From an uncultured Alloprevotella sp. (GTDB lineage: Bacteria; Bacteroidota; Bacteroidia; Bacteroidales; Bacteroidaceae), in contig CAUUGL010000007.1 in assembly GCA_963544845.1 (NCBI GenBank), positions 3,471 through 67,470 on the forward strand: a stretch of 64,000 nt of DNA. The letters run 5' to 3'. Made by a program: the position numbers and the translations under genes. The notes below the pieces were generated by a model. It did no database searches. It was not told the origin of the DNA and saw only the letters and a list, made by a program, of their open reading frames with translations. Shown here piece by piece: positions 17,281-26,831 of this stretch. How positions within the stretch are numbered: position 1 is the first letter of the stretch; every line of letters starts with the position of its first letter.

Positions 17281-18630
17281 ATGTCATCTATTCTTATTTC
17301 AATTTGGACCACCATAAAAAGTTATTTTGACCTTTCCTTTCAGAGGGATGATGAAGATGTTGTAATTGCACAGATACGTGAAAGTGTCAATTTCCGAGGA
17401 GCCAATTCATGGGTTCTGATTTTTGCAATTTTCATTGCTTCGCTGGGGTTGAATGTCAATTCTACAGCTGTCATTATCGGTGCGATGCTTATTTCACCAT
17501 TGATGGGACCAATCATTGGATTAGGGTTGGCCATTGCTATCAATGATTTGGAATTACTGAAGCAGTCGTTTCGTAATTTGGCTGCAGCAACACTAATCAG
17601 TGTACTGACGGCTACGGTTTACTTCTATATCACTCCCCTCAATGAAGCACAAAGTGAATTGTTGGCGCGTACTTCTCCTACGATTTACGATATCTTAATA
17701 GCTTTGTTTGGTGGGGCGGCTGGTATTCTCGCTCTCTCTATGAAAGGACGTGGTGGGAACGTGTTACCTGGTGTAGCGATTGCTACGGCTTTGATGCCTC
17801 CGTTGTGTACAGCTGGATATGGCTTGGCAACAGGACAAGCTTCTTTTTTCTTTGGAGCTTTCTATTTGTTCTTCATCAATACTGTTTTTATTGGTTTGGC
17901 CACTTTTTTGGGTGTCCGTTTAATGAATTTTGCCCCCAAAGCAGAGATGGATAAGGTACGCTTTGGCAAGGTGAGAAAATATATCATTGCGGTGGTTGTG
18001 TTGACGATGTTGCCGGCCACTTACATTACATTCAATATTATTAAAGACAGCATCTCAGAACGTCGAATCCAACAATTTGTTAAAGCTGAACTCAACTTCC
18101 CTGGTACTTATATTTTATCACAGATGATTGATGACAAGAACAAAATAATTAGCATTGTAGCCGTTGGGAAAGAAATTACAAAATCACAGCAGGTCAGTTC
18201 GCAAAACCAACTGAAAGCGTATCATCTTGAGAAGTATCAACTACACTTCATTCAAGGAACGGCAAGCGATAGTTTGATGCTACAACAAGGGACTACCTTC
18301 GCTAAACAACAGACCATGACGCAGGAGCAGATGGCTAAACAAAATGCACAGATAGAAGGCCTTCAACAACAACTGAAATACTATCAAAGTATTGAGCAAA
18401 GCACTCCGGTAATTCTACAAGAAATGCGACCTCTCTTTGCCAATGTTGCTTCCTTAGGATTGACTCAACTAACGGAGAGCAAGATGAAAGAAGACAGCGT
18501 GGCCAATGTAAAAACTGTGCTGGCATTGATTGGCACAAACGGAACTCTTGCTCGGAATGAAAGACAGAAAATGCAGCAATGGCTGAAAGCACGCCTGAAA
18601 GTGGATAGTGTACAGGTGCTTCAAAAGTGA
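17281..18630 (+). CDS. DUF389 family membrane protein with a C-terminal extension
   Basis: N-terminal TM bundle containing SPLMGPIIGLGLAI and ATALMPPLCTAGYGLA repeats typical of DUF389/TIGR00341. The C-terminus is Q-rich and soluble. Confidence 0.7.
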   Translation: MSSILISIWTTIKSYFDLSFQRDDEDVVIAQIRESVNFRGANSWVLIFAIFIASLGLNVNSTAVIIGAMLISPLMGPIIGLGLAIAINDLELLKQSFRNLAAATLISVLTATVYFYITPLNEAQSELLARTSPTIYDILIALFGGAAGILALSMKGRGGNVLPGVAIATALMPPLCTAGYGLATGQASFFFGAFYLFFINTVFIGLATFLGVRLMNFAPKAEMDKVRFGKVRKYIIAVVVLTMLPATYITFNIIKDSISERRIQQFVKAELNFPGTYILSQMIDDKNKIISIVAVGKEITKSQQVSSQNQLKAYHLEKYQLHFIQGTASDSLMLQQGTTFAKQQTMTQEQMAKQNAQIEGLQQQLKYYQSIEQSTPVILQEMRPLFANVASLGLTQLTESKMKEDSVANVKTVLALIGTNGTLARNERQKMQQWLKARLKVDSVQVLQK

Positions 18631-18715
18631 CCATTCAGCAATAAATTTCTAATTATTCACTTTTGAATTTCTGGCGAAATAGCTCAAATAGACCCTATAC
18701 TAAAATATTATAGAT

Positions 18716-20740
18716 ATGAAACTAAAACACCTTTTTCCTATGATGGCACTCACTGTCACCACTACTTTTGCTCAAGGTCTGACAACCGGCATTGATAAAG
18801 TCAATATGAATTTTGCTGTCAAGCCTGGTACAGATTTCTTTGAGTATGCCGGTGGAGGCTGGATGAAAGCCCATCCTCTTACTCCTGAATTCTCACGTTA
18901 TGGGCAATTTAATGCACTTGATGAGATGAATCGTAATCGTCTTAAATCGCTCATTGAAGAGATGGCAGCCAAGAGAGCCGAACCCGGTACACTTGAGCAA
19001 AAAGTCGGTGCCCTCTATCGTTTGGCAATGGATAGTGTACGCCGCAATCGTGAAGGCTTCACTCCCATCAAACCTTTGCTTGAACGTGTAGCAAAGACCG
19101 AGGATAAACAGGCCTATTTGCATCTCGTTAACGAGTTGGGACGGCAAGGTGTGTCTGCTTTTATGGGGATTGGTTGTGATGCCGACTTGAAGAATGCAAA
19201 GATGAATCTTGTGCAAATCAACCAAGGAGGTATTACTTTGGGAGAGCGCGACTACTATCTTGAAAACGATGAGGCTACGCTTAAAATACGTAATGCCTAT
19301 AAGGAATACATTAAGCAACTCTTCACGATGACGGGTGATGACGCTGCTACAGCCCAAAAGAAGATGGAGGCTGTATTGGCTATCGAAACACGCATCGCGA
19401 AAGCTTCTTACTCTGCAACAAAACTTCGTGATGTAGAGGGCAACTACCACAAGATGAGCTATCTTGAGCTCGTCAAGAACTTTCCGGGTATTGACTGGAG
19501 CACGGTGTTCCTATTGCAGGGCATTCCCGCAGTGAAAGAAGTGTCTGTCAATCAGCCTGAACCCATCCACGAAGTAGAAAAGATTTTCGCTGAAACTTCA
19601 CTCGACGACCTCAAGGCCTATCTTGCATTTAATGTCATCAATGATGCTTCGAGTGCACTGAGCGATGATTTCCGTGCAGCGACGTTTAACTTCTTTGGTC
19701 GAACAATGCAAGGCAGTCAGCAAGATCGTCCACGTTGGAAGCGTGCTGTAGGTGCAGTGGAAAGTGTTTTGGGAATGGCCATCGGTAAAATTTATGCCGA
19801 AAAGTATTTTCCGGAATCTTCCAAAAAACGTATGCTTGAATTGGTTAAGAACCTGCAGGTGGCACTTGGCGAACGCATTGATCAACAGACATGGATGAGT
19901 GCAGAAACCAAGCAGCAAGCTCATGAAAAGCTTAACAGTTTCTATGTCAAAATCGGTTATCCTGACCAATGGCGCAGCTACGAGAGGCTGAACATTGATG
20001 AAAATCTCTCTTACTACGAGAATCTGGCACGTGCTACTGCGTTTGAGAGTGATTACTATATTCAAAAGCGGGTCAACAAACCCGTTGATATTCACGAGTG
20101 GGGTATGACTCCGCAAACAATCAATGCTTATTATAACCCAACGACCAACGAGATTTGTTTCCCAGCAGGTATTTTACAACCTCCTTTCTTCAATGCAGAA
20201 GCTGACGATGCAGCCAACTATGGGGCTATTGGTGTTGTGATCGGGCATGAAATGACGCACGGTTTTGACGACCAAGGAGCACAGTTTGACAAGGACGGAA
20301 ATCTTCGTAATTGGTGGACAGAACAAGACAATAAAAACTTTAAGGCACGCACCGACCGTATGGTAAAATTCTTCGACAAGATTGAAGTACTTCCCGGTCT
20401 GCATGCCAATGGTGCACTCACCTGTGGTGAAAATATTGCCGACCATGGTGGTTTGAAAGTCGCTTTTCAGGCATTCCAAAATGCGATGAAACAGCGTCCT
20501 CTTACTACCGTAGATGGTCTCACTCCTGAACAACGCTTCTTCATCAGCTACGCCTTAGTGTGGGCTTGCAATACGCGTGATGAAGCTCTTCGTAACCTCG
20601 TCAAAACCGACCCTCACTCACCTGGTCGTTGGCGTGTAAATGGAGCCTTACCTCAAATTCCTGCATGGTACAAGGCGTTTAATATAAAGAAGGGAGATAA
20701 ACTCTATATTGCTCCGAAAGACCGCGTAGACATTTGGTAA
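18716..20740 (+). CDS. pepO: M13 family zinc metallopeptidase (PepO / endothelin-converting-enzyme-like)
   Basis: Signal peptide, the HEMTHGFD zinc motif and the GENIADHGG motif. The 674-aa length is typical. Confidence 0.9.
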   Translation: MKLKHLFPMMALTVTTTFAQGLTTGIDKVNMNFAVKPGTDFFEYAGGGWMKAHPLTPEFSRYGQFNALDEMNRNRLKSLIEEMAAKRAEPGTLEQKVGALYRLAMDSVRRNREGFTPIKPLLERVAKTEDKQAYLHLVNELGRQGVSAFMGIGCDADLKNAKMNLVQINQGGITLGERDYYLENDEATLKIRNAYKEYIKQLFTMTGDDAATAQKKMEAVLAIETRIAKASYSATKLRDVEGNYHKMSYLELVKNFPGIDWSTVFLLQGIPAVKEVSVNQPEPIHEVEKIFAETSLDDLKAYLAFNVINDASSALSDDFRAATFNFFGRTMQGSQQDRPRWKRAVGAVESVLGMAIGKIYAEKYFPESSKKRMLELVKNLQVALGERIDQQTWMSAETKQQAHEKLNSFYVKIGYPDQWRSYERLNIDENLSYYENLARATAFESDYYIQKRVNKPVDIHEWGMTPQTINAYYNPTTNEICFPAGILQPPFFNAEADDAANYGAIGVVIGHEMTHGFDDQGAQFDKDGNLRNWWTEQDNKNFKARTDRMVKFFDKIEVLPGLHANGALTCGENIADHGGLKVAFQAFQNAMKQRPLTTVDGLTPEQRFFISYALVWACNTRDEALRNLVKTDPHSPGRWRVNGALPQIPAWYKAFNIKKGDKLYIAPKDRVDIW

Positions 20741-20781
20741 CCGCTTTAACGAATCTCCTTATCTTTTGACTATACGAATCA

Positions 20782-20877
20782 CCGCGAATGTTCTTCCTCT
20801 TGCCGAAATTATTTTCGCTACGTAGGAATGAACATTCGCGGAAGTTCATATCTATATTCTTTTTTTTCATGTTTCTC
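20782..20877 (+). terminator. long hairpin plus T-run downstream of pepO
   Basis: CCGCGAATGTTC (20782-20793) pairs perfectly with GAACATTCGCGG (20830-20841), with inner pairing as well. A T8 run at about 20870 lies some 30 nt from the stem, so this is not a canonical terminator. Confidence 0.4.
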
Positions 20878-21052
20878 CTTACCCATATTTTGGTAGCAGT
20901 TGTCGCTCTTGAACATCTCTATATTCTCTATGGTGAATGGAGCAACAATCTTTGCCTGTTCTTCTTGGGCTGTATCATTACAGCGGCGCCCTATGGTGCA
21001 GTGCGCTCATCACTATAATTGCTGTGCTTTTTCTCGATTTTGCCAATCCTCT

Positions 21053-21922
21053 ATGCTCTATCTCAACACTGACCTTCCTGCCATAGAGACGCTTCAGGCA
21101 GAAGGACTACCAATTTGCCAAGGCTCTCCCAAACGTGCCCTTCAAGTTTGGCTACTTAACCTTATGCCACTCAAATGCGCTACGGAGCTCGACCTCTGTA
21201 GAATGCTTGCTGCATCGGGTATTGATGTACAACTTACGCTTGTTAAATTTCCTGGGCAGACTTACAAATCCACTCCTCAAGCCTATATTGAAGCGCATTA
21301 TCAGGATCTTGATGGAACAATATGGCAACAGAAAGTTGACGGCCTCATTATCACAGGAGCACCTCTTGAAAACATTCCCTTCGAAGACGTGTATTATTGG
21401 GATAAACTCTGCCACTTGATGGAGTGGAGTAGTACTCACGTCGTCTCTACACTTAACATCTGTTGGGCTGCTCAGGCAGCACTCTATTTTTATTATGGTG
21501 TACAAAAACATCCGCTTTCTGCCAAGATGTTTGGTGTCTTTCCACAAAGCGTTTATTGTTCCGAACATTTGCTCATGAAAGACTTAGGAAAGGAATTCCC
21601 TATGCCACACAGTCGACACACTGAGGTCTTGCACGGTGAACTCCCTCCTAATGTGCAGGTACTTGCAGGGGGAGGTAAGTCTCAAATGGGAATCCTTGTC
21701 GATGATGCACGCCGGCAGGTTTTTGCAATCGGCCATCTCGAATATGAGCCTTTCACGCTTGACGGTGAATATCGCCGTGACCTTTCTAAAGGGCTACCCA
21801 TTCAGGTACCCGAAAACTACTATCACAACGATAATCCCGATTGTGGAATCATTTTTTCATGGCGTACTGCTGCTTTGCAATTTTATAAAAACTGGTTGAC
21901 CTATCTTGTCAAGAACTCTTGA
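21053..21922 (+). CDS. metA: homoserine O-acyltransferase (MetA family)
   Basis: LNLMPLK, IITGAPLE and NICWAAQAAL motifs typical of MetA. The ORF track starts at 20900, but the MetA-like sequence begins at MLYLNTDLPAIETL (ATG at 21053). Confidence 0.85.
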   Translation: MLYLNTDLPAIETLQAEGLPICQGSPKRALQVWLLNLMPLKCATELDLCRMLAASGIDVQLTLVKFPGQTYKSTPQAYIEAHYQDLDGTIWQQKVDGLIITGAPLENIPFEDVYYWDKLCHLMEWSSTHVVSTLNICWAAQAALYFYYGVQKHPLSAKMFGVFPQSVYCSEHLLMKDLGKEFPMPHSRHTEVLHGELPPNVQVLAGGGKSQMGILVDDARRQVFAIGHLEYEPFTLDGEYRRDLSKGLPIQVPENYYHNDNPDCGIIFSWRTAALQFYKNWLTYLVKNS

Positions 21923-22029
21923 CATTACTTGACTCTAAAAAGATTTCTATTGCTCACGACTGAGAGAAGGATTGTCTATCTTCTCTTCTTCTCACACCTT
22001 CGATTTTACACACTCATTCCCTATAACTC

Positions 22030-23667
22030 ATGATTTCAGTTGATGGCTTGACCGTTGAATTTGGCGGTACCACCCTTTTCAAAGACATTTCCTTTCAGAT
22101 TAACGAAAAAGACCGTATTGCCTTGATGGGCAAGAATGGTGCCGGCAAGAGTACATTGCTTAAAATTCTAGCAGGCGTGCGTCAAGCTACGCGCGGTAAA
22201 GTTTCTGCACCCAAAGATACAGTGATTGCCTATCTACCACAACACCTAATGATCGAAGATGGACGTACTGTCTTTGAAGAAGCCTGTCTGCCTTTTGCAC
22301 ATCTTAAAGAGTTGGAGGGGGAAATTGAGGCGATGAACAATGAACTAATGACTCGCACCGATTATGAGAGCGATGAGTATATGGCACTCATCGAAAAAGT
22401 GGCGGCAATGAGTGAGAAGTTTTATGCCATTGATCTTACCCACTTTGAAGAAGATGCGGAAAAGATGCTTCTCGGATTAGGTTTCGAACGTACAGACTTT
22501 GCACGACCTACTTCGGAGTTTTCAGGCGGATGGCGTATGCGTATCGAGTTAGCTAAACTTTTGTTGCAAAACCCTGACGTTCTTCTTCTTGACGAACCAA
22601 CTAACCATCTTGATATTGAAAGTATCGGTTGGCTTGAAGATTTTATTATGACTTCAGGCAAAGCGGTTGTACTGATTTCGCACGACCGAAAATTTGTAGA
22701 TAACATCACGACACGTACCATCGAAATTACGATGGGACGCATCTATGATTATAAAGCTTCTTATTCACAATATCTGGAACTACGTAGCGAACGCAGACAG
22801 CAACAGCAGAAGCAATATGACGATCAGCAGAAGATGATTGCTGAAACAAAACTTTATATTGAACGCTTCAAAGGGACATATTCCAAGACCAACCAAGTGC
22901 AGAGCCGTGTGCGAATGCTTGAAAAACTCGACCTCGTAGAAGTGGACGAAGAAGATACCAGCCGTCTGCGATTAAAATTCCCTCCTTCTCCTCGTTCAGG
23001 AAACTACCCCGTTACATTGGAGGGTGTGGGTAAATCTTTTGATGGAAAGACTATTTTTCAAAATGCCAACCTCATGGTGGAACGCGGCGATAAAGTGGCG
23101 TTCGTGGGTCGTAATGGTGAAGGAAAGTCCACGCTGGTCAAGTGTATTATGGGCCAACTTGAACACGAGGGCACACTCACCCTTGGCCATAACGTGCAAA
23201 TCGGGTATTTTGCACAGAACCAAGCTTCGCTCCTTGATGAAGAACTCACGGTCTTTGACACTATTGATGAGGTTGCTAAAGGCGATATCCGTCTCAAAAT
23301 TCGTGATCTTCTCGGAGCATTTATGTTCGGAGGTGAAGAGAGCACCAAGAAAGTGAAGGTATTGTCCGGAGGTGAAAAGACGCGCTTAGCTATCCTCAAA
23401 CTTCTACTTGAGCCTGTCAATTTGCTTATTCTCGACGAACCAACCAATCATCTTGATCTCCGCACAAAAGATGTACTCAAACAAGCCCTCCAGGACTTTG
23501 ATGGTACACTGATTGTTGTAAGCCACGACCGTGATTTCCTTGATGGACTTGTCACGAAGGTTTATGAGTTTGGGCATCAGCGAATACGCGAACACCTCTG
23601 TGGAGTTTACGAATTCCTTGAAATGAAACGTATGGAAAACCTTCAAGAATTGGAGCGTAAGTCTTGA
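22030..23667 (+). CDS. ABC-F family ATPase (paralogue of 15245..17188, lacking the C-terminal tail)
   Basis: Same double Walker A and signature architecture. It aligns by eye along its whole length with ABC-F gene 1. Confidence 0.9.
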   Translation: MISVDGLTVEFGGTTLFKDISFQINEKDRIALMGKNGAGKSTLLKILAGVRQATRGKVSAPKDTVIAYLPQHLMIEDGRTVFEEACLPFAHLKELEGEIEAMNNELMTRTDYESDEYMALIEKVAAMSEKFYAIDLTHFEEDAEKMLLGLGFERTDFARPTSEFSGGWRMRIELAKLLLQNPDVLLLDEPTNHLDIESIGWLEDFIMTSGKAVVLISHDRKFVDNITTRTIEITMGRIYDYKASYSQYLELRSERRQQQQKQYDDQQKMIAETKLYIERFKGTYSKTNQVQSRVRMLEKLDLVEVDEEDTSRLRLKFPPSPRSGNYPVTLEGVGKSFDGKTIFQNANLMVERGDKVAFVGRNGEGKSTLVKCIMGQLEHEGTLTLGHNVQIGYFAQNQASLLDEELTVFDTIDEVAKGDIRLKIRDLLGAFMFGGEESTKKVKVLSGGEKTRLAILKLLLEPVNLLILDEPTNHLDLRTKDVLKQALQDFDGTLIVVSHDRDFLDGLVTKVYEFGHQRIREHLCGVYEFLEMKRMENLQELERKS

Positions 23668-23668
23668 G

Positions 23669-23697
23669 CGTAGAGTCAACCAGCAAGTACAAAATTA
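23669..23697. repeat. solo terminal sequence of an IS30-like element
   Basis: CGTAGAGTCAACCAGCAAGTACAAAATTAG is 28/29 identical to 62269..62297, which lies just outside the stop codon of the IS30-family transposase fragment at 62295..62431. Confidence 0.55.
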
Positions 23698-23704
23698 GTT
23701 TATT

Positions 23705-23785
23705 TCCTCCTTTTAAAAAACTTCTTTAAGTAAGGTACCATTCGGTAATGGTTTCTCCCTTAAAGAAGCTTTTTTTAAGGGAGGA
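23705..23785. repeat. 81-bp MITE-like palindrome whose arms resemble the IS5-element end
   Basis: TCCTCCTTTTAAAAAACTTCTTTAAG ... CTTAAAGAAGCTTTTTTTAAGGGAGGA. Both arms resemble the IS end AGTCKCYCCTTAAAAARCTTTGA. Confidence 0.5.
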
Positions 23786-23815
23786 GTAAATAGGAATTTA
23801 AGGGAAGACTAAAAT

Positions 23816-24807
23816 AGTCTTCCCTTAAAAAACTTTGAAAAGTCATTCTTCCCCTGCCTCTCGCTTATTATTTTGAGCAGCCACAAAAGAACTCTCATAG
23901 CTCTTTTGAAGTTGTAAGCAGCTGCAGCCATTAGTATGTTTATAGCCTCTCCTGCCACACCTTTGTAAAAGTTGCGGCCTAAACGATGGTCTGCTTTCAA
24001 GTATCCTATGGTTGCTTCTAGATCTGCCCGCTTACGGAATAATTTTTGTTTCTTGCGCCTTTGATATCTACTATCAGTGCCTTTTCATGATTCTTGGGGT
24101 GATTGCGGAAACGTTGATCGCGATAAATTCCTTTCAACACAAAGGTATAGCTTTGGCCAAGAGGCAGATATAATTTATGAACGAGATTCAGAACCTTGCC
24201 CACTATCTTTTTATGCAACTTGGCATCCGTAGGAAAAGTGATATTCTTTTCCTGAACGGTTGAATCGATAAAAGCGGTATCATGGTGATGTTCATCATCA
24301 TCTTCGTTATTGACACGAATGCTTTCCTGAAAGATGAGTTCAATACCCTCCTCCCCAATGCGATGGCGAAAGTGAACCAATTCGGAAGAGGCACAAGGAG
24401 CACCGGGTATAAACTCCTGCATACCACAAAAGTATTGATAATAAGCGTTTTCACTCCATTGCTCCACCACGGATTCATCTGAGAGATTGCGAAGGTGCTT
24501 GAGTATCAACAACCCACACATCAAACGTATCGGCTTACTTGGGCGACCATTGTGCTGACAATACAAAGGCCGGAAAGCAGCATCGAATTTCTCCCAATTT
24601 ATTTTGTCGGAGAGTTTGTAGAGAGGGTGAGAGGGGTTCAGCATATCCGACAAACTGCTGAATAATGAAAGGCCGGTATAGGGCTTTTTAATCATAAAAA
24701 TCTGCAAGTTTCTGAATACAAAGATAAGAAAACTTGCAGATTTATCAAAGGAATATCTTGATTAATTTATTGAATATCAGATGATAAATGGGAATTTAGG
24801 GATGACT
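23816..24807 (-). mobile_element. IS5-family element, internal-deletion (non-autonomous) derivative
   Basis: Both ends match copy 62432..63862 (AGTCTTCCCTTAAA / TTTAGGGATGACT). The transposase is split into a 229-aa N-terminal ORF (24018..24707) and a 63-aa C-terminal ORF (23809..24000). About 440 bp of the central catalytic region is missing relative to the 1431-bp copy. Confidence 0.85.
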
Positions 24808-24899
24808 ATATAGACATCTCATCAGCCAAACTTACCACGAAGCCTCGACTTTAACACGACTTTAACATTTCAGCGCCCGCCGAACGAGGTTGCTCAATC

Positions 24900-24952
24900 T
24901 ACCTCAGAGATAGTTTTTTTCAGCTCCTATCTAAATCAAACTACCTCTGAGG
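24900..24952. repeat. ACCTCAGAG hairpin repeat, copy 2
   Basis: TACCTCAGAGATAGTTT ... AAACTACCTCTGAGG. This is the same family as 12903..12959. Confidence 0.7.
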
Positions 24953-25153
24953 AAAATGCTCGCACTCGGCACACACGCGTGTGTGCGCGTCATACACACA
25001 AATTCCGTGTTGTTTCCTTCACTTCCTTCACCTCCTGGACCATCCTCTCAAAATTACCCCCCTCCTGGCATTCATGTAATCGCTCCCTAGCGTTTCAAGA
25101 CTAATTTGTTGAATCTTGGCTTTATTCGGCAATTTTATGACCTGACTATAGAC

Positions 25154-25293
25154 CAGCTGTCCGGTAAAATGTGTACTATAGCTCATGTTACTAGCGATTT
25201 TTGGTTTTACAAGAAAGTAACAAAATAGGCTGAAATCCTCTTACAGGATTTCAGCCTTATTTCTTACAGCAAAAAACTTTTACCGGACAGCAG
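25154..25293. repeat. 140-bp MITE-like unit with terminal inverted repeats CAGCTGTCCGGTAAAA / TTTTACCGGACAGCAG
   Basis: The TIRs are 14/16 complementary. The interior contains the gdh terminator hairpin. Confidence 0.6.
25218..25257 (-). terminator. rho-independent terminator of gdh
   Basis: GGCTGAAATCC (25228-25238) pairs with GGATTTCAGCC (25246-25256), an 11-bp perfect stem. TATTTTGTT follows on the minus strand. Confidence 0.7.
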
Positions 25294-25302
25294 TATTCTA
25301 TA

Positions 25303-26640
25303 TTATACCACACCTTGTGCCATCATAGCCTTAGCAACTTTCATAAAGCCCGCTACATTGGCACCCTTCACGTAGTTTATGTAACCATTGGGTTCTGTAC
25401 CATAAGTTACACATTGCTTGTGGATACCGTGCATAATTTGGTGCAAGCGTGCATCAACATCTTCTGCTGTCCAACTTAAGTGCATCGCATTTTGACTCAT
25501 TTCTAAGCCGGAAGTGGCTACACCTCCTGCATTTACAGCTTTACCTGGTGCATAAAGCATTTTATTTTCGATGAAGAGGTCAATTGCTTCAGGAGTACAG
25601 CCCATGTTGGAGATTTCACCTACACAGAGCACACCATTGTCGTGCAATTGCTTGGCATCATTTCCGTTAAGTTCATTTTGTGTCGCACATGGAAGGGCGA
25701 TGTCGACCTTTACTTCCCAAGGCCGCTTACCAGCAACAAATTTCGCGCCTGGGAATTCTTCTGCATAAGGTGCTACGATATCATTACCGGAAGCACGGAG
25801 CTCAAGCATATAATCTATCTTCTTACCACTGATTCCATCAGGATCATAGATGTAACCATCAGGACCACTAATTGTCACGACCTTAGCGCCTAATTCAGTG
25901 GCTTTGGTTGCAGCTCCCCAAGCCACATTACCGAATCCAGAGATTGCAATCGTCTTGCCCTTGATATCAATACCAGCGGTTTGAAGCATTTCATTAACAA
26001 AGTAGAGACCACCAAAGCCTGTGGCTTCCGGTCGAATGAGGCTGCCCCCAAATTCGAGGCTTTTTCCAGTGAGCACACCGGAGAAATCGCGTGTCAATTT
26101 CTTGTATTGTCCAAACAAGTAACCAATTTCTCGACCACCCACACCGATATCACCCGCAGGTACATCAATTTCAGGACCAATATAGCGGTAAAGTTCATTC
26201 ATAAAAGCTTGACAGAAGCGCATTATTTCGGCATCACTTTTACCACGAGGTGAGAAGTCACTACCGCCCTTACCACCTCCCATAGGAAGTGTGGTGAGGG
26301 CATTTTTGAACGTTTGCTCAAATCCCAAGAATTTCAGAATACTCAAATTGACTGAAGCATGGAAACGCAATCCACCTTTGTAGGGACCAATGGCAGAATT
26401 GAATTGGACACGATAGCCTAAGTTGACCTGTACCTTGCCGTGGTCATCCACCCAAGGTACACGGAACGTGATAATACGCTCTGGTTCTACAATACGTTCC
26501 AAGAGCGAAGCGCGTTCCCATTCGGGGTGCTGATCATAGATATCGGCAATCGACAGCAGAACTTCGTGAACGGCCTGCAAATACTCTTTTTCACCAGGGT
26601 GACGAGCCTCAAGTTGGCTCATGAAAAGTTCAATATTCAT
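25303..26640 (-). CDS. gdhA: NAD(P)-specific glutamate dehydrogenase
   Basis: 445 aa. The KGGLRFH, LPMGGGKGGSDF and GFGNVAWG motifs are classic Glu/Leu/Phe/Val dehydrogenase signatures. Confidence 0.95.
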   Translation of the reverse strand: MNIELFMSQLEARHPGEKEYLQAVHEVLLSIADIYDQHPEWERASLLERIVEPERIITFRVPWVDDHGKVQVNLGYRVQFNSAIGPYKGGLRFHASVNLSILKFLGFEQTFKNALTTLPMGGGKGGSDFSPRGKSDAEIMRFCQAFMNELYRYIGPEIDVPAGDIGVGGREIGYLFGQYKKLTRDFSGVLTGKSLEFGGSLIRPEATGFGGLYFVNEMLQTAGIDIKGKTIAISGFGNVAWGAATKATELGAKVVTISGPDGYIYDPDGISGKKIDYMLELRASGNDIVAPYAEEFPGAKFVAGKRPWEVKVDIALPCATQNELNGNDAKQLHDNGVLCVGEISNMGCTPEAIDLFIENKMLYAPGKAVNAGGVATSGLEMSQNAMHLSWTAEDVDARLHQIMHGIHKQCVTYGTEPNGYINYVKGANVAGFMKVAKAMMAQGVV

Positions 26641-26831
26641 AAAAGATTACGTTTAGAGAATAAGGGTTAAACAATGATTTTGTAATGCGAAGGTAGAAAT
26701 ATAAATGATTACAAACAAATTTTTAGGCTACTTTTTTAATGGAAAAAGTATTTTGAGCCTATCCGGACTGGAAAAGTGTAAGATTCCTGTCTTGAAATAG
26801 GGTATTTTGGGGGATATCGGATTGACATTTG

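Noticed and set aside
20741-21052. SAM riboswitch upstream of metA
   Set aside because: I found none of the conserved SAM-I core elements (no CTTATCAAGAG...GGAGGGA...GCAACC pattern). Only a long terminator-like hairpin belonging to pepO is present.
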